In this document: piece by piece, positions 19,357 through 28,387 of the stretch
Layout: each line of letters starts with the position of its first letter
Position numbering within the stretch: position 1 is the stretch's first letter
Source of the DNA: Enterobacter phage CC31
DNA length: 64,000 bases
Strand: one strand, 5' to 3'
Sequence record: NC_014662.1
The notes under the pieces: model-generated
The model's input: only the letters and a program-made list of their open reading frames with translations
What the model was told of the DNA's origin: nothing
Databases searched by the model: none
Program-made: the position numbers and the translations under genes

Positions 19357-19641
19357 TTAAGCAATGTATGGAGTTGCTGAACCGTCTGAGTAACGCGCCC
19401 ATACTTCATTGCCAACGTTGAAAAGTTTTGCTTTACGACCATTAGGCATCTGAACCATTTTGCTTTTAACCGGAGTTACAGCTTCAATCAACGTTCCAGC
19501 AGCTTTTGCATTTTCTTTAGTTTTAAGAATTTTTTCCATGTATTCAACGTATTCGATGATAGCAGGTGCCATATGCTGTTTGTGGCCCATACCGCCAAAA
19601 TCGAATTCAGTTACTGCGTAGAAAATTTTTGAAGTAGCCAT
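19357..19641 (-). CDS. hypothetical protein
   Basis: Trimmed to ATG 19641 (MATSKIF) with AAGGA RBS; early promoter at about 19676-19721. Confidence 0.4.
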   Translation of the reverse strand: MATSKIFYAVTEFDFGGMGHKQHMAPAIIEYVEYMEKILKTKENAKAAGTLIEAVTPVKSKMVQMPNGRKAKLFNVGNEVWARYSDGSATPYIA

Positions 19642-19725
19642 TTTATTATCCTTGATTTTGTTACCGTTTAGTTGATAGAGATATAGTATCAAAACTTAAA
19701 GCATCTGTAAACACTTTTTGAAAAC

Positions 19726-19759
19726 TTTCTTCAAAAACAACAAAACCTCCCGAAGGAGG
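19726..19759 (-). terminator. rho-independent terminator closing the 22000-19760 operon
   Basis: Hairpin CCTCC-TTCG-GGAGG followed on minus strand by TTTTGTTGTTTTT. Confidence 0.65.
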
Positions 19760-20020
19760 TTATTTTGAGTGTTTTTCTAGCTGGCGTTCAGCAAACAGTT
19801 TAGGTTGATACAACAACCAACTTAAGATATGCCAGATGACTTTTATGACACCGACAGGCAGCCATAATATAATACTAAACAAGTAATTAAAAGGTGTCTC
19901 TATGTACCCTCGTTTAACGAGAGCATTTGTGATGAGCCACCCGGCGGCTAGATAAACCAATGCAATAAAGACAGGCATAATCCACCATAGTTGAGCCAAA
20001 AGTAAAGTAACCATAATCAC
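19760..20020 (-). CDS. small membrane protein, last gene of NTase operon
   Basis: 86 aa, 2-3 TM helices; ATGA overlap with upstream NTase gene. Confidence 0.45.
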   Translation of the reverse strand: MIMVTLLLAQLWWIMPVFIALVYLAAGWLITNALVKRGYIETPFNYLFSIILWLPVGVIKVIWHILSWLLYQPKLFAERQLEKHSK

Positions 20021-21027
20021 CTGTAGTAAGAGTTGTGGTTCGCCAGATAAACCTCTTCAAGGAACTCGTCCCAGAATGTCATGTCAACTTTATCAGGCAT
20101 ACCGTTTTTAGAAGCGATGATGCTTTGACGTTCAACTTCATCTACACAGTTTTCTAACCATTCTTGAACTTCTTTGAATGGAATAGTGCCAGCTTTAACT
20201 TTCTTGATGAACTCAGCATCTTTAAGCGGATAAACCAAATCACCTGTGGTGTAGATTTCCTGGAGCTGAAGACCACCACGAAGAGCATGAGATAGAGCTT
20301 TCCAGTCTACGCCTTCGTTAGCTTCTGCTTTACGAGCACGTTCACCATATTCATTCCACAGCTTAGTGAGACTGTATTTCATTTCGGCAACAGTGATTGT
20401 TGTCTGGAATTTACGGCCAAGCACATTATAGAACTTCTGAACACCAGATTTGTGGTCAACAAAATCAGTCCACTCAAGGAACTCTGAAGTTGGAAGCAGA
20501 TGAGCAATATCAGCAACTTTCCAACGAACATTATGAGCTTTATCTTTTGGACGGTCTTCGTATTTCCATTCTGGATAAGGCTCTAATACTTCAAGAACTT
20601 TACGAAGTTCAGCTAAACGAGAACCTTTGACACCATACTTAGCTGCTTGCTTACGAACATAACCAAGATAAGCTTTCATATCGGTGGTGTAGAAGCGCCA
20701 GCGGTTATCTTGAATGAATTTCCATACTTCAGGAAGTTCAGACTTAACAACCATATTTGCAGGAGTATGAAGCATATCAAGCGCGACAGTTTCACCTGTA
20801 GCTGCTAATTGCAGGAAGTACTTCAAAGAATAGAGTTCATGGTCAACATCATCATGGGAGTTCTTTGTTGATGTGTTGTTTGTATTCAAATTGGTGTGAT
20901 TCATTGCACGGCCAAGAAGAATTTCCTTCGGATGAGGAACGAAGATTTCTTTGAAGTCCGTGTCACTTTCTGGTGTTGACGTACCATAAAGATGGCTACC
21001 GAAGTAGCCTTTCATAATTGTTTTCAT
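20017..21027 (-). CDS. Pol-beta superfamily nucleotidyltransferase-like protein
   Basis: 336 aa; N-terminal GSHLYGTSTPESDTDF fits the G[GS]x3Gx5SDxD nucleotidyltransferase signature, candidate third acidic residue in VALDML. Confidence 0.5.
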   Translation of the reverse strand: MKTIMKGYFGSHLYGTSTPESDTDFKEIFVPHPKEILLGRAMNHTNLNTNNTSTKNSHDDVDHELYSLKYFLQLAATGETVALDMLHTPANMVVKSELPEVWKFIQDNRWRFYTTDMKAYLGYVRKQAAKYGVKGSRLAELRKVLEVLEPYPEWKYEDRPKDKAHNVRWKVADIAHLLPTSEFLEWTDFVDHKSGVQKFYNVLGRKFQTTITVAEMKYSLTKLWNEYGERARKAEANEGVDWKALSHALRGGLQLQEIYTTGDLVYPLKDAEFIKKVKAGTIPFKEVQEWLENCVDEVERQSIIASKNGMPDKVDMTFWDEFLEEVYLANHNSYYR

Positions 21028-21449
21028 AGATAAATGTGTTGTCCTTTGGCAAATTTTACTAGCTCATTGGTAATTTTAACACATTGTTCAACGTGTTCTT
21101 TATCTTCGCTTTTCTTTGAAGTTCTATTAATATTTCCAACTTTCTGCTGAGAATAATAGTATTTCACTTCATGCGTATGATATTCTTGGCCATCTGGATG
21201 TTGTTCCCGCTGAACATGTTCTTTTAAAACAGTTTCATAGAGTGGAACTAATGCCCAATCACTTCCGATATTAATGATTGCTACTTGAATGTCAATCTTA
21301 TTCCACTTAAAAGCATTAACATATCCAAGTACCCTTTGAGAAGGGTCCATCATAGCAAATTTTATTCCGGAAATAGAAGCCATTGGCATTTGTTTTAGTA
21401 ATGACATACTAAGTTTTTTCTTAGTAGTTACAACTTCTATTTCAATCAT
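21024..21449 (-). CDS. hypothetical protein (NTase operon)
   Basis: 141 aa ORF, 4-nt overlaps on both sides. Confidence 0.4.
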   Translation of the reverse strand: MIEIEVVTTKKKLSMSLLKQMPMASISGIKFAMMDPSQRVLGYVNAFKWNKIDIQVAIINIGSDWALVPLYETVLKEHVQREQHPDGQEYHTHEVKYYYSQQKVGNINRTSKKSEDKEHVEQCVKITNELVKFAKGQHIYL

Positions 21450-22000
21450 TTAGTAGGTTGACCCCATGTGAATTGACCACCAAATGCCGAAATCAGAGAA
21501 GTGTCATTCAGATTCACTGGCAGACCGTCACCGCTTTCAGATTCGAGGAACATTGTACCACCATTTTTAGTGATAGCAATTACAGTGAATTCTTTAGAAC
21601 CTTTTTGGAATACATCACCAACAACTACTGGAATATTTTTGAAACCGGAAGCTTCAGCTTCATATGTTTCTGTGTATCGGCCTTCTTTTGGTCTGAAATT
21701 AGTAAAATCAACTAAATACTTGTTACGGTTTGAAGTTACATACACATTAGTAACGCCATATGATGTAATTTTATCTTCGCTATAAACGAAGAGTTCAATC
21801 ATAATACGAGTTGAATATACTTTTAAAACAGCTCGTTGATTTTTATTAATTTTAAGGAAAATATGAGTTGTTCCTTGACACCGGCTAATAAAATCAATTT
21901 CACCATCAAATTCTGTAGTTCCAGATTGAACTGTAATTGAGCGTCCAACTTCAAGTTCTTTCTTTACCAGACCTTTAGCTTTTACTTGACGAATAAACAT
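21446..22000 (-). CDS. hypothetical protein (NTase operon, first gene)
   Basis: 184 aa ORF. Confidence 0.4.
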   Translation of the reverse strand: MFIRQVKAKGLVKKELEVGRSITVQSGTTEFDGEIDFISRCQGTTHIFLKINKNQRAVLKVYSTRIMIELFVYSEDKITSYGVTNVYVTSNRNKYLVDFTNFRPKEGRYTETYEAEASGFKNIPVVVGDVFQKGSKEFTVIAITKNGGTMFLESESGDGLPVNLNDTSLISAFGGQFTWGQPTK

Positions 22001-22009
22001 AATATTTTC

Positions 22010-22231
22010 CTATACGAAGCGCCATGAACCATTACGATAAGCAATTGCACGGTCCATCAAGTCAGAAGCAGTTGATGTACCTTTCAGGTTGTTATGAACA
22101 ACTCGAATAATTTTGCCATCAGGGAAAGTGAATTCTGCTACCGGGAAGAGGCCCATAAGGCCTCGTTCAACCGTTGCATTAAACTTTGCAGATTCACCAT
22201 TAATTACATAATTGTGGTCTTGTTTAAGCAT
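22010..22231 (-). CDS. hypothetical protein
   Basis: 73 aa ORF. Confidence 0.35.
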   Translation of the reverse strand: MLKQDHNYVINGESAKFNATVERGLMGLFPVAEFTFPDGKIIRVVHNNLKGTSTASDLMDRAIAYRNGSWRFV

Positions 22232-22683
22232 TATTTAAATTCCAGAGTTGGGCAGAACTTCTCTTTACGAGCCTTAATGAAAGCGATAATGATATTAGGC
22301 TGCGGTGGAACGTAAGTGCCATTTTTACGAGCTTCCCATTCGGCAGCTTCTTTCTTTTCTTTTCGACGAGAGATTACTTTATAAATTCCGTAACCAATAC
22401 AGAAAATTGTACCAAAGACCGCGGCCAGAATAAGCCAACCAACAATCAACCCAGGAATAATTGCTGCCGCAGAAGACAGAACTACACCGCATTTAGCGAA
22501 CAGCCAAGTTGCTAAATCAACACCAGAACCCCAACCAGCGAAACATACAGCGAACGCGGCGAAAGCCAGAAGGAATGTATGCCATACGCCTTTCCAAAAG
22601 TATGGGCACAGAGAACGTGGGGCGCTTTCAGCACCATTCATAGTAACGAGTTTGTAGTGCCAAGAGTTAGTATTGATTTGCAT
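22231..22683 (-). CDS. hypothetical membrane protein
   Basis: 150 aa, several TM helices. Confidence 0.4.
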   Translation of the reverse strand: MQINTNSWHYKLVTMNGAESAPRSLCPYFWKGVWHTFLLAFAAFAVCFAGWGSGVDLATWLFAKCGVVLSSAAAIIPGLIVGWLILAAVFGTIFCIGYGIYKVISRRKEKKEAAEWEARKNGTYVPPQPNIIIAFIKARKEKFCPTLEFK

Positions 22684-22704
22684 TATAATTTCCTTTCAGT
22701 TCAG

Positions 22705-22950
22705 TTATTTAAAGTTTTTGGAATTGGTCATATGAGGTATTGTAACCTGCAACCATGAAAGCAATTTCTCAGCTTCTTCTTTAAGAAGCTCAACTTCTTC
22801 ACCCTGAGAAATGATGGTGAGTACATCTTTCTCATCATTGACAAGGAGAAGAGTTTTAATATTAGCGTGTCCACCATGAACTGATTCAGCTTCATAGCTG
22901 ATAGTAGCATCTAAACCTGGGACTTTCCAATCTAACGTACACTTAGCCAT
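22705..22950 (-). CDS. hypothetical protein
   Basis: 81 aa ORF. Confidence 0.35.
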   Translation of the reverse strand: MAKCTLDWKVPGLDATISYEAESVHGGHANIKTLLLVNDEKDVLTIISQGEEVELLKEEAEKLLSWLQVTIPHMTNSKNFK

Positions 22951-23233
22951 TTGCTTGTTCCTTGCGAGCTCGTTCTTTAAGTTGCTCTTGAATTTTGAGC
23001 ATTGTTTCTGTGTATTCTTCTGAATTAGCTCTTACAATTCTAGAAGAATACGGAAGCGATTCATGATATTTCAAAAATCTCTCAAGACGCGGTTTGTATT
23101 GAGTAGAGAAATTGTACATCAAAAATCCTGTAGCACTTACGTGAGTACAAATTTCATATTGAATTCCGTCGTATTGACGAGTAACAATAATGTCTTTTAG
23201 CTCAAGACTTAGGCTCATTGACTTCTCCTGCAT
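22943..23233 (-). CDS. hypothetical protein
   Basis: 96 aa ORF. Confidence 0.35.
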   Translation of the reverse strand: MQEKSMSLSLELKDIIVTRQYDGIQYEICTHVSATGFLMYNFSTQYKPRLERFLKYHESLPYSSRIVRANSEEYTETMLKIQEQLKERARKEQANG

Positions 23234-23408
23234 AAAGTTTAAGAATGAAAAACGCTACCTTTAAAGCCTCTTCTTTACTTAAACGAAGAGGAGAGCCGGC
23301 ATAACATGCTCCTTCAGGGACGGCATGCTCCAAAACAATTTCATCTTCTTTAGTGCGAATGTCTAAACTTCCTAGATGAAATTGTTCATATCCCCAAGGG
23401 TCTTTCAT
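23202..23408 (-). CDS. hypothetical protein
   Basis: 68 aa ORF. Confidence 0.3.
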   Translation of the reverse strand: MKDPWGYEQFHLGSLDIRTKEDEIVLEHAVPEGACYAGSPLRLSKEEALKVAFFILKLYAGEVNEPKS

Positions 23409-23698
23409 TGCATTTCCTTAATAGCTTTTAAGAAGTTATCAAGATTCTTTTTACTGCAAAAAGATACGCAGCCATAGCTTCCATCTTTTGCTTCAAAAGT
23501 AAATGAATCATCACCATAATCAGTGTAATCAATATTAGGACATTGATTACATTCAATCAGATGTGCTTTGTCCAGACGAAAATGGATTTTGAACAAATCT
23601 TCATCATCTACATGACCAAGTTTGCAAAAGTTTCCACGTACTTCAAGAACCAGAGGACCATGTACTGAACCGCTTTCAAATGTATGTTTCATAATCAC
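23405..23698 (-). CDS. hypothetical protein
   Basis: 97 aa, Cys/His-rich (C..H..C..C) possible metal site. Confidence 0.35.
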   Translation of the reverse strand: MIMKHTFESGSVHGPLVLEVRGNFCKLGHVDDEDLFKIHFRLDKAHLIECNQCPNIDYTDYGDDSFTFEAKDGSYGCVSFCSKKNLDNFLKAIKEMQ

Positions 23699-23964
23699 CT
23701 CAGCTGTGAATCTTTTGAACCGCGTCTGTTGTAAGACGCTTTAATAATAGTGTCATGTGAGCTTTGGCAAGCTACGCATCGGGTGCATCCTTTTTGAGCT
23801 TTGCGTCTAGCTTCCGGAATTTCTCCGTCACAATCTTCACAGTATTTTTCGCTCTCACGATTTTGAGATTTGATGAGCTCTAAACGAGCCCATTCAATTC
23901 CATCACTTACTGTAGCTTCAATAGCTGCAAATCCGTCGTCACTTGGACCCCATCCACTTGCCAT
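23695..23964 (-). CDS. TraR/DksA-type C4 zinc-finger protein
   Basis: 89 aa; CEDCDGEIPEARRKAQKGCTRCVAC (CxxC-x14-CxxC) typical of TraR/DksA family. Confidence 0.5.
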   Translation of the reverse strand: MASGWGPSDDGFAAIEATVSDGIEWARLELIKSQNRESEKYCEDCDGEIPEARRKAQKGCTRCVACQSSHDTIIKASYNRRGSKDSQLR

Positions 23965-23987
23965 TACAAACTCCTTTGAACGAGGTC

Positions 23988-24018
23988 CATTATACCATTA
24001 ACCAAGTTGTATGTAAAC
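23988..24018 (-). promoter_or_regulatory. sigma70-type early promoter (GTTTAC -35, TATAAT -10)
   Basis: Minus strand reads GTTTAC-N18-TATAAT immediately upstream of 23695..23964. Confidence 0.55.
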
Positions 24019-24098
24019 AACGGATTGTGGTATTGAACAAACAGATAAAGCAGTACAAATACCGTTCTCATTACCAGCCTGCCGTATCAAATTCACCA

Positions 24099-24530
24099 TC
24101 ATCGTAGATGTCCCAAGCCATTCTTTCTTCCAGAACTCGGACTGGTGTCCCAATAGTCCGCATATTCTTGGTCTTCCGGAGAAGAGAATTTATTTGCTTT
24201 AAGTTCAGCCATAAATTCCAAAGCAGATTCAACATCACCGAACAGCCGGTTCAAGTTGTGAGGTTTACGTTTATGGTCTTCAAATACTGCGTTATCACCC
24301 GGGCAAATTTGAGTACGATAAGAACGCTTTGTTTCGCCGTTGATGTCAGTATACTCGCAGATGATATCAACCATCAAGATATCTGATGTTGGGCTACGAT
24401 ATGGTTTACTGAGGATAATGTACTTGCTAACTTCATCCAGCGACACTGTGGTTTCAGTACGAGATACACCGTACACGTGATACATGATACGACCTGGAAC
24501 GAAATCAGATAATTTAGTAATGCGATTCAT
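24099..24530 (-). CDS. hypothetical protein
   Basis: Trimmed from track ORF (24635) to ATG 24530 (MNRITKL) with AAGAGGAGAA RBS; early promoter at about 24559-24588. Confidence 0.4.
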   Translation of the reverse strand: MNRITKLSDFVPGRIMYHVYGVSRTETTVSLDEVSKYIILSKPYRSPTSDILMVDIICEYTDINGETKRSYRTQICPGDNAVFEDHKRKPHNLNRLFGDVESALEFMAELKANKFSSPEDQEYADYWDTSPSSGRKNGLGHLR

Positions 24531-24595
24531 GATGTTCTCCTCTTGTTTGTGTAAGGTCATAGTATCACCTTTTGAAGAGGATGTAAACGGTTCAT

Positions 24596-24632
24596 TTAAA
24601 AACAACAAAAGCCCTGACCAAAAGTCAGGGCT
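24596..24632 (-). terminator. rho-independent terminator
   Basis: Hairpin AGCCCTGAC-N5-GTCAGGGCT followed on minus strand by TTTTGTTGTTTTT. Confidence 0.65.
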
Positions 24633-24636
24633 CAAA

Positions 24637-25029
24637 TTATTCCAAAGACAGCAAGTATTTGGTTTGAAACACTATGCCATTGATTTCATCAATTGTGTTT
24701 CTGATTGCTCCGGGCATCTTCTCATAGATGCTTTCAGCTTTTGCTGTGATGCTATCGAGCATCTCAATTGTGTCAGTAGGCAAATCCTGTTGCGAAGGTA
24801 TAGATGGAGTGTACTTTTTACCAGACCATCCAAGCCATTGCTCTCCGAACTTGTCGGTTAACTCAGGGATTGCATCAAAGAAGAAATTGTATGCTTTGTG
24901 ACGAGCATAACTTTTAGTTTCAAAATGAGCTGAATGGAAGTATGACGCAGAAGCCATCAAAAGACCAATGAACTCATCCTCTGGAAGTTTCTTTCCGGTT
25001 GTTATGAAATCTTCAAATTTCGTTTTCAA
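24637..25029 (-). CDS. hypothetical protein
   Basis: 130 aa ORF. Confidence 0.4.
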   Translation of the reverse strand: MKTKFEDFITTGKKLPEDEFIGLLMASASYFHSAHFETKSYARHKAYNFFFDAIPELTDKFGEQWLGWSGKKYTPSIPSQQDLPTDTIEMLDSITAKAESIYEKMPGAIRNTIDEINGIVFQTKYLLSLE

Positions 25030-25288
25030 GTTTAACCTTCGTTAGAGAAACGTACTGCTTACCGGCGTGAACTCCTTCTTCAGTGCACTGGGTAGTACAA
25101 CTTGAAGCTGCCCATCTCTGCTTAATGAAAGAAAAGAAACGTTCGGATTCTTCTTTAGAAGGTTCTTTGAACTTGCTATATACTGCCATAGCACCATCAG
25201 CGTATTGTTCAAAATTTGCTTCTTCTGCCGATACGGGCGAGATTAAAGTGGCTGCAAATAAAATCGCAGCCAATGCGCGTAGAGTCAT
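25013..25288 (-). CDS. rI: RI-like lysis inhibition regulator (signal-anchored periplasmic protein)
   Basis: Trimmed to ATG 25288: MTLRALAAILFAATLISPVSAEE signal sequence then periplasmic domain with FFSFIKQRW resembling T4 RI; position two genes from tk; late promoter nearby. Confidence 0.5.
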   Translation of the reverse strand: MTLRALAAILFAATLISPVSAEEANFEQYADGAMAVYSKFKEPSKEESERFFSFIKQRWAASSCTTQCTEEGVHAGKQYVSLTKVKLENEI

Positions 25289-25295
25289 AAAAGCC

Positions 25296-25508
25296 TCAGC
25301 GTTGTCCTGTATTAAGTTTGTGCTGAAGAACAGCCTTAACTTTATCGAGGTATTTTTGCAGCTGGCGTTTACGCAAATAGTCTGGGCGTGCACCATGCTG
25401 GCGAAACTCTTCGTTTAGACTTGAGATAGCGTGGCCAATCTCGCACTTAATTTCTTCCAGTTGAGATACACCAAGATTACGAAGTTGCTTATCGTTCAAA
25501 TGCTTCAT
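25296..25508 (-). CDS. hypothetical protein
   Basis: 70 aa ORF with GAGGT RBS, downstream of late promoter. Confidence 0.4.
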   Translation of the reverse strand: MKHLNDKQLRNLGVSQLEEIKCEIGHAISSLNEEFRQHGARPDYLRKRQLQKYLDKVKAVLQHKLNTGQR

Positions 25509-25532
25509 ACATACCTCATTAGTTAGTAATAG

Positions 25533-25540
25533 TATTTATA
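25533..25540 (-). promoter_or_regulatory. T4-type late promoter (TATAAATA on minus strand)
   Basis: Plus tatttata = revcomp TATAAATA about 25 nt upstream of ATG at 25508. Confidence 0.55.
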
Positions 25541-25542
25541 AA

Positions 25543-25558
25543 GGGGAGCATGCTCCCC
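25543..25558 (-). terminator. perfect palindromic hairpin (probable terminator) abutting the late promoter
   Basis: GGGGAGCATGCTCCCC followed on minus strand by TTTAT; right after stop of 25568..25951. Confidence 0.5.
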
Positions 25559-25567
25559 AATTTAACT

Positions 25568-25951
25568 TTAGTCCCACAACATTTGGCACAGACCTTTCTC
25601 ATACTTACGAGCAGCCTTTTCGTCCCAGTTATAGTCTGTATCGTTTCTCAACGAGTGTTTGATTTCCATCTTGTGAAATACACGAGGAATCGGTGAAGCA
25701 TAGCGCATCCAGCGCAGAGTCTTCCAGAATGAATCACGATGACGTTCTTTCATCATAGAAGCAAGCTCTAATGGTCTTTCCATGTTTTCTTTAATTTGCT
25801 TATCAACATATTTCTGCTGATATTCTTCGTCTTTCTTTGTTTTAACGTATTCGGTATATCGTTTGATATAAGCGAATTTGTTATTCTTCTGGGCGTGCCA
25901 TTTAGAAGAAGTGGTTACGTGCCAGCCTTTACGACGAATAGTTCTTGACAT
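25568..25951 (-). CDS. hypothetical basic protein
   Basis: 127 aa, Lys/Arg/Trp-rich. Confidence 0.4.
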   Translation of the reverse strand: MSRTIRRKGWHVTTSSKWHAQKNNKFAYIKRYTEYVKTKKDEEYQQKYVDKQIKENMERPLELASMMKERHRDSFWKTLRWMRYASPIPRVFHKMEIKHSLRNDTDYNWDEKAARKYEKGLCQMLWD

Positions 25952-26403
25952 ATCTACCTCTTGAGTTAAAGTACCTCAATGGTAGTAAAATCCTGCTTTA
26001 AAATATTTCATGGTGATACCTTTCCTTCAATTAAAATCTTTAAGAACCCAAGCAAAGCAGCTATAACAAATCCTGCTGTTGGAAAAGCGAATAACCAAAA
26101 TAATACATCAATAGTCATCCTAATGTTACCTTACATTTGCATTTTGGACATTCAACTTCTTTTACACGAAGACGCTTTGTCTTCGTACGAGTAGCGGTAT
26201 CATGGTCGTAAACATGAAGACAACGATAGCAAATGACTAATTTCATCGGTCGATAACCTCGAAGATTTCATCTATGATTTCATCACCTTGACGAGCACGA
26301 ATTAACTCTTCAAATGTAACGGGCTTTTCAGACCAGCCAAGAACAACAGTGTTGCGTTGTAGCATATCACGAAGTTCTTCTAAAGCTTCTTGTTTAGTTG
26401 AAA

Positions 26404-26616
26404 TCATAGAACCTTCTTATAACATTCGAAATTACCTGAATAATATGCTTCAGAAACGTAATCACCTTCAACAACTAGTTGGCAAACTTTATCTGCGAGC
26501 AATTTATTAGCTTCAATTTGTTTACTAATTGCATGACCTTTTATACCTAAGAAAACGAATGCAACCAAAGTGATAGCAAGAAGAACCGTGTTGAAGATTT
26601 TTACATTCTTATTCAT
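26404..26616 (-). CDS. hypothetical signal-anchored small protein
   Basis: 70 aa; N-terminal TM helix. Confidence 0.4.
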   Translation of the reverse strand: MNKNVKIFNTVLLAITLVAFVFLGIKGHAISKQIEANKLLADKVCQLVVEGDYVSEAYYSGNFECYKKVL

Positions 26617-27193
26617 AAATACCAGTCATTTCACACCAATGTTTTCGACAGAGTGAGACGTATTTGTCTTCACCACCTAATTCAATAGTATCACCTTCTA
26701 CAATAGCATTTCCTTCTTGGTCAACACGAGCAACCATAGTTGCTTTACGACCGCAATGACAAACACCCTTCAGTTCACAGAGTTTATCTGCCGTAGCCAG
26801 AAGAGCAGCTGAACCCTTAAATAGGTTACCACGGAAATCTGTGCGAAGTCCATAGGCCATCACTGGAGTATTATAGAGGTCAACAATTTGACATAACTGA
26901 AGAACATGAGATTGAGTCAAGAACTGTGCTTCATCAACAAATACACAGTGAATGTCTTTTTGAGTCTGTGCCCATTTGAAGAACTCAAGAATGTCCATGT
27001 CTTCAGTAATAGTATTTGCTTCAGCATGTAGACCAACACGAGATACAACTTCATTTGCTGAATCTCGAGTATCAATAGCCGGCTTAAGAATGAGTGTTCC
27101 CATTCCACGCTCTTTATAGTTATGAGCTGCTGTAAGTAGAGATGCTGATTTACCAGCGTTCATTGAAGCATAGTTAAAATAAAGTTGTGCCAT
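26609..27193 (-). CDS. tk: thymidine kinase
   Basis: YFNYASMNAGKSASLLTAAHNYKERG...IHCVFVDEAQF...CHCGRKAT...VSLCRKHW matches T4 Tk; start trimmed from TTG 27208 to ATG 27193. Confidence 0.93.
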   Translation of the reverse strand: MAQLYFNYASMNAGKSASLLTAAHNYKERGMGTLILKPAIDTRDSANEVVSRVGLHAEANTITEDMDILEFFKWAQTQKDIHCVFVDEAQFLTQSHVLQLCQIVDLYNTPVMAYGLRTDFRGNLFKGSAALLATADKLCELKGVCHCGRKATMVARVDQEGNAIVEGDTIELGGEDKYVSLCRKHWCEMTGIYE

Positions 27194-27648
27194 TATTCGC
27201 CGTCCCAATCAACAACTACAATATCAACATTCGGTGTAAACATATTAATTAGTGCTTCAATTTTTTCCCAATCGCCGCCAGCAATACCTGCTCCAATACG
27301 AGGAATATGAACTTCCATTTTAAACAGAGAACCAGATAAAAATTTATCCATTTTCTGGAAAGCATTAACTAATGCGCCGTAATCAAGATTAGGACCTGGC
27401 TCATATTGAGTATAAAGATTAAAGCAAGCTCCACCTTTTGCTGCTAATGCTAAACTAAATGTTCCAAGCTTTTCGCGGGCGGCATAATCCGTAGCTGCTT
27501 TATCTGTTGATAAAATAACTGGAAATTTTGATGCAAGCTGTCCTGCTACACCCGCACCCATTGTATGAAAACAATTACATCCGTGAGCAATTACTTTTCC
27601 TTCAGAATACAGCTTAACAATATCGCCTTTAATGTATTTTACAATCAT
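27193..27648 (-). CDS. macro-domain-like protein (possible ADP-ribose binding/hydrolase)
   Basis: 151 aa; N-terminal GDIVKLYSEGKVIAHGCNCFHTMGAGVAGQL resembles the macro domain nucleotide-binding motif; pattern-level call only. Confidence 0.45.
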   Translation of the reverse strand: MIVKYIKGDIVKLYSEGKVIAHGCNCFHTMGAGVAGQLASKFPVILSTDKAATDYAAREKLGTFSLALAAKGGACFNLYTQYEPGPNLDYGALVNAFQKMDKFLSGSLFKMEVHIPRIGAGIAGGDWEKIEALINMFTPNVDIVVVDWDGE

Positions 27649-28064
27649 CTTTTCCTCAACTCGGGTATGCTTTTAAATTGGTAAGTAGCGTAGTTTTCGA
27701 ATTCATCGTAAACTCGCACATAAATTTCTTCGCCACATGTTAAATTCTTAAAAGACTTCAAATCTCTTTCAGAAAAATCTATCGATACTCCATCAATAGT
27801 TCCGGAGGATTTGGCTCCGCAACCTCGAAAATGAATTGAACCACCCGGAATAATAGCTTGGTCTTCTTTGTTGGAGTAATTGTAAAATGATACACCAAAA
27901 GCTTTCTTTTTCGGATAGTAAGAAACTTCAATATTCTTTTTAAACGAACCAGTTGTTTCAACTAGCCTACCATTAATAGCATAGATGTTATCAGGATAGC
28001 CTGGGAGTTTTTCCCAGGCATTTACTGATAATGGTAGAGCTAGCAGAAATGCTGCTATTTTCAC
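27645..28064 (-). CDS. secreted protein with signal peptide
   Basis: 139 aa; MKIAAFLLALPLSVNA-WEK cleavable signal-like N-terminus. Confidence 0.45.
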   Translation of the reverse strand: MKIAAFLLALPLSVNAWEKLPGYPDNIYAINGRLVETTGSFKKNIEVSYYPKKKAFGVSFYNYSNKEDQAIIPGGSIHFRGCGAKSSGTIDGVSIDFSERDLKSFKNLTCGEEIYVRVYDEFENYATYQFKSIPELRKR

Positions 28065-28387
28065 TTAGATAATCCCGCTATATACACCCTCAATAATGTG
28101 TCACGATATTCTTCGCATACATTCATATCAGGCGCATTATCACATAACGACTCAAGGTCTTTAGCCTTACGAGCCACCAAGGTAGACCATTTAAAGCGGC
28201 TACCAGAATCAGTTTGTCCTTCAGCGTAAGTTTTGTCAAAGTCAAATGACAAAATGTTCAAACACTCCGTATTAGTCTTTGTGCAGAATTGCTTTGCTAA
28301 TGTCAAAGAATCATCTTGTTCAGTAGAAAAATCAACTTTACACCCAGATAGAGCAAAAACTACTAGAAGTACAAACAACTTTTTCAT
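28061..28387 (-). CDS. putative lipoprotein
   Basis: 108 aa; MKKLFVLLVVFALSGC lipobox. Confidence 0.5.
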   Translation of the reverse strand: MKKLFVLLVVFALSGCKVDFSTEQDDSLTLAKQFCTKTNTECLNILSFDFDKTYAEGQTDSGSRFKWSTLVARKAKDLESLCDNAPDMNVCEEYRDTLLRVYIAGLSK

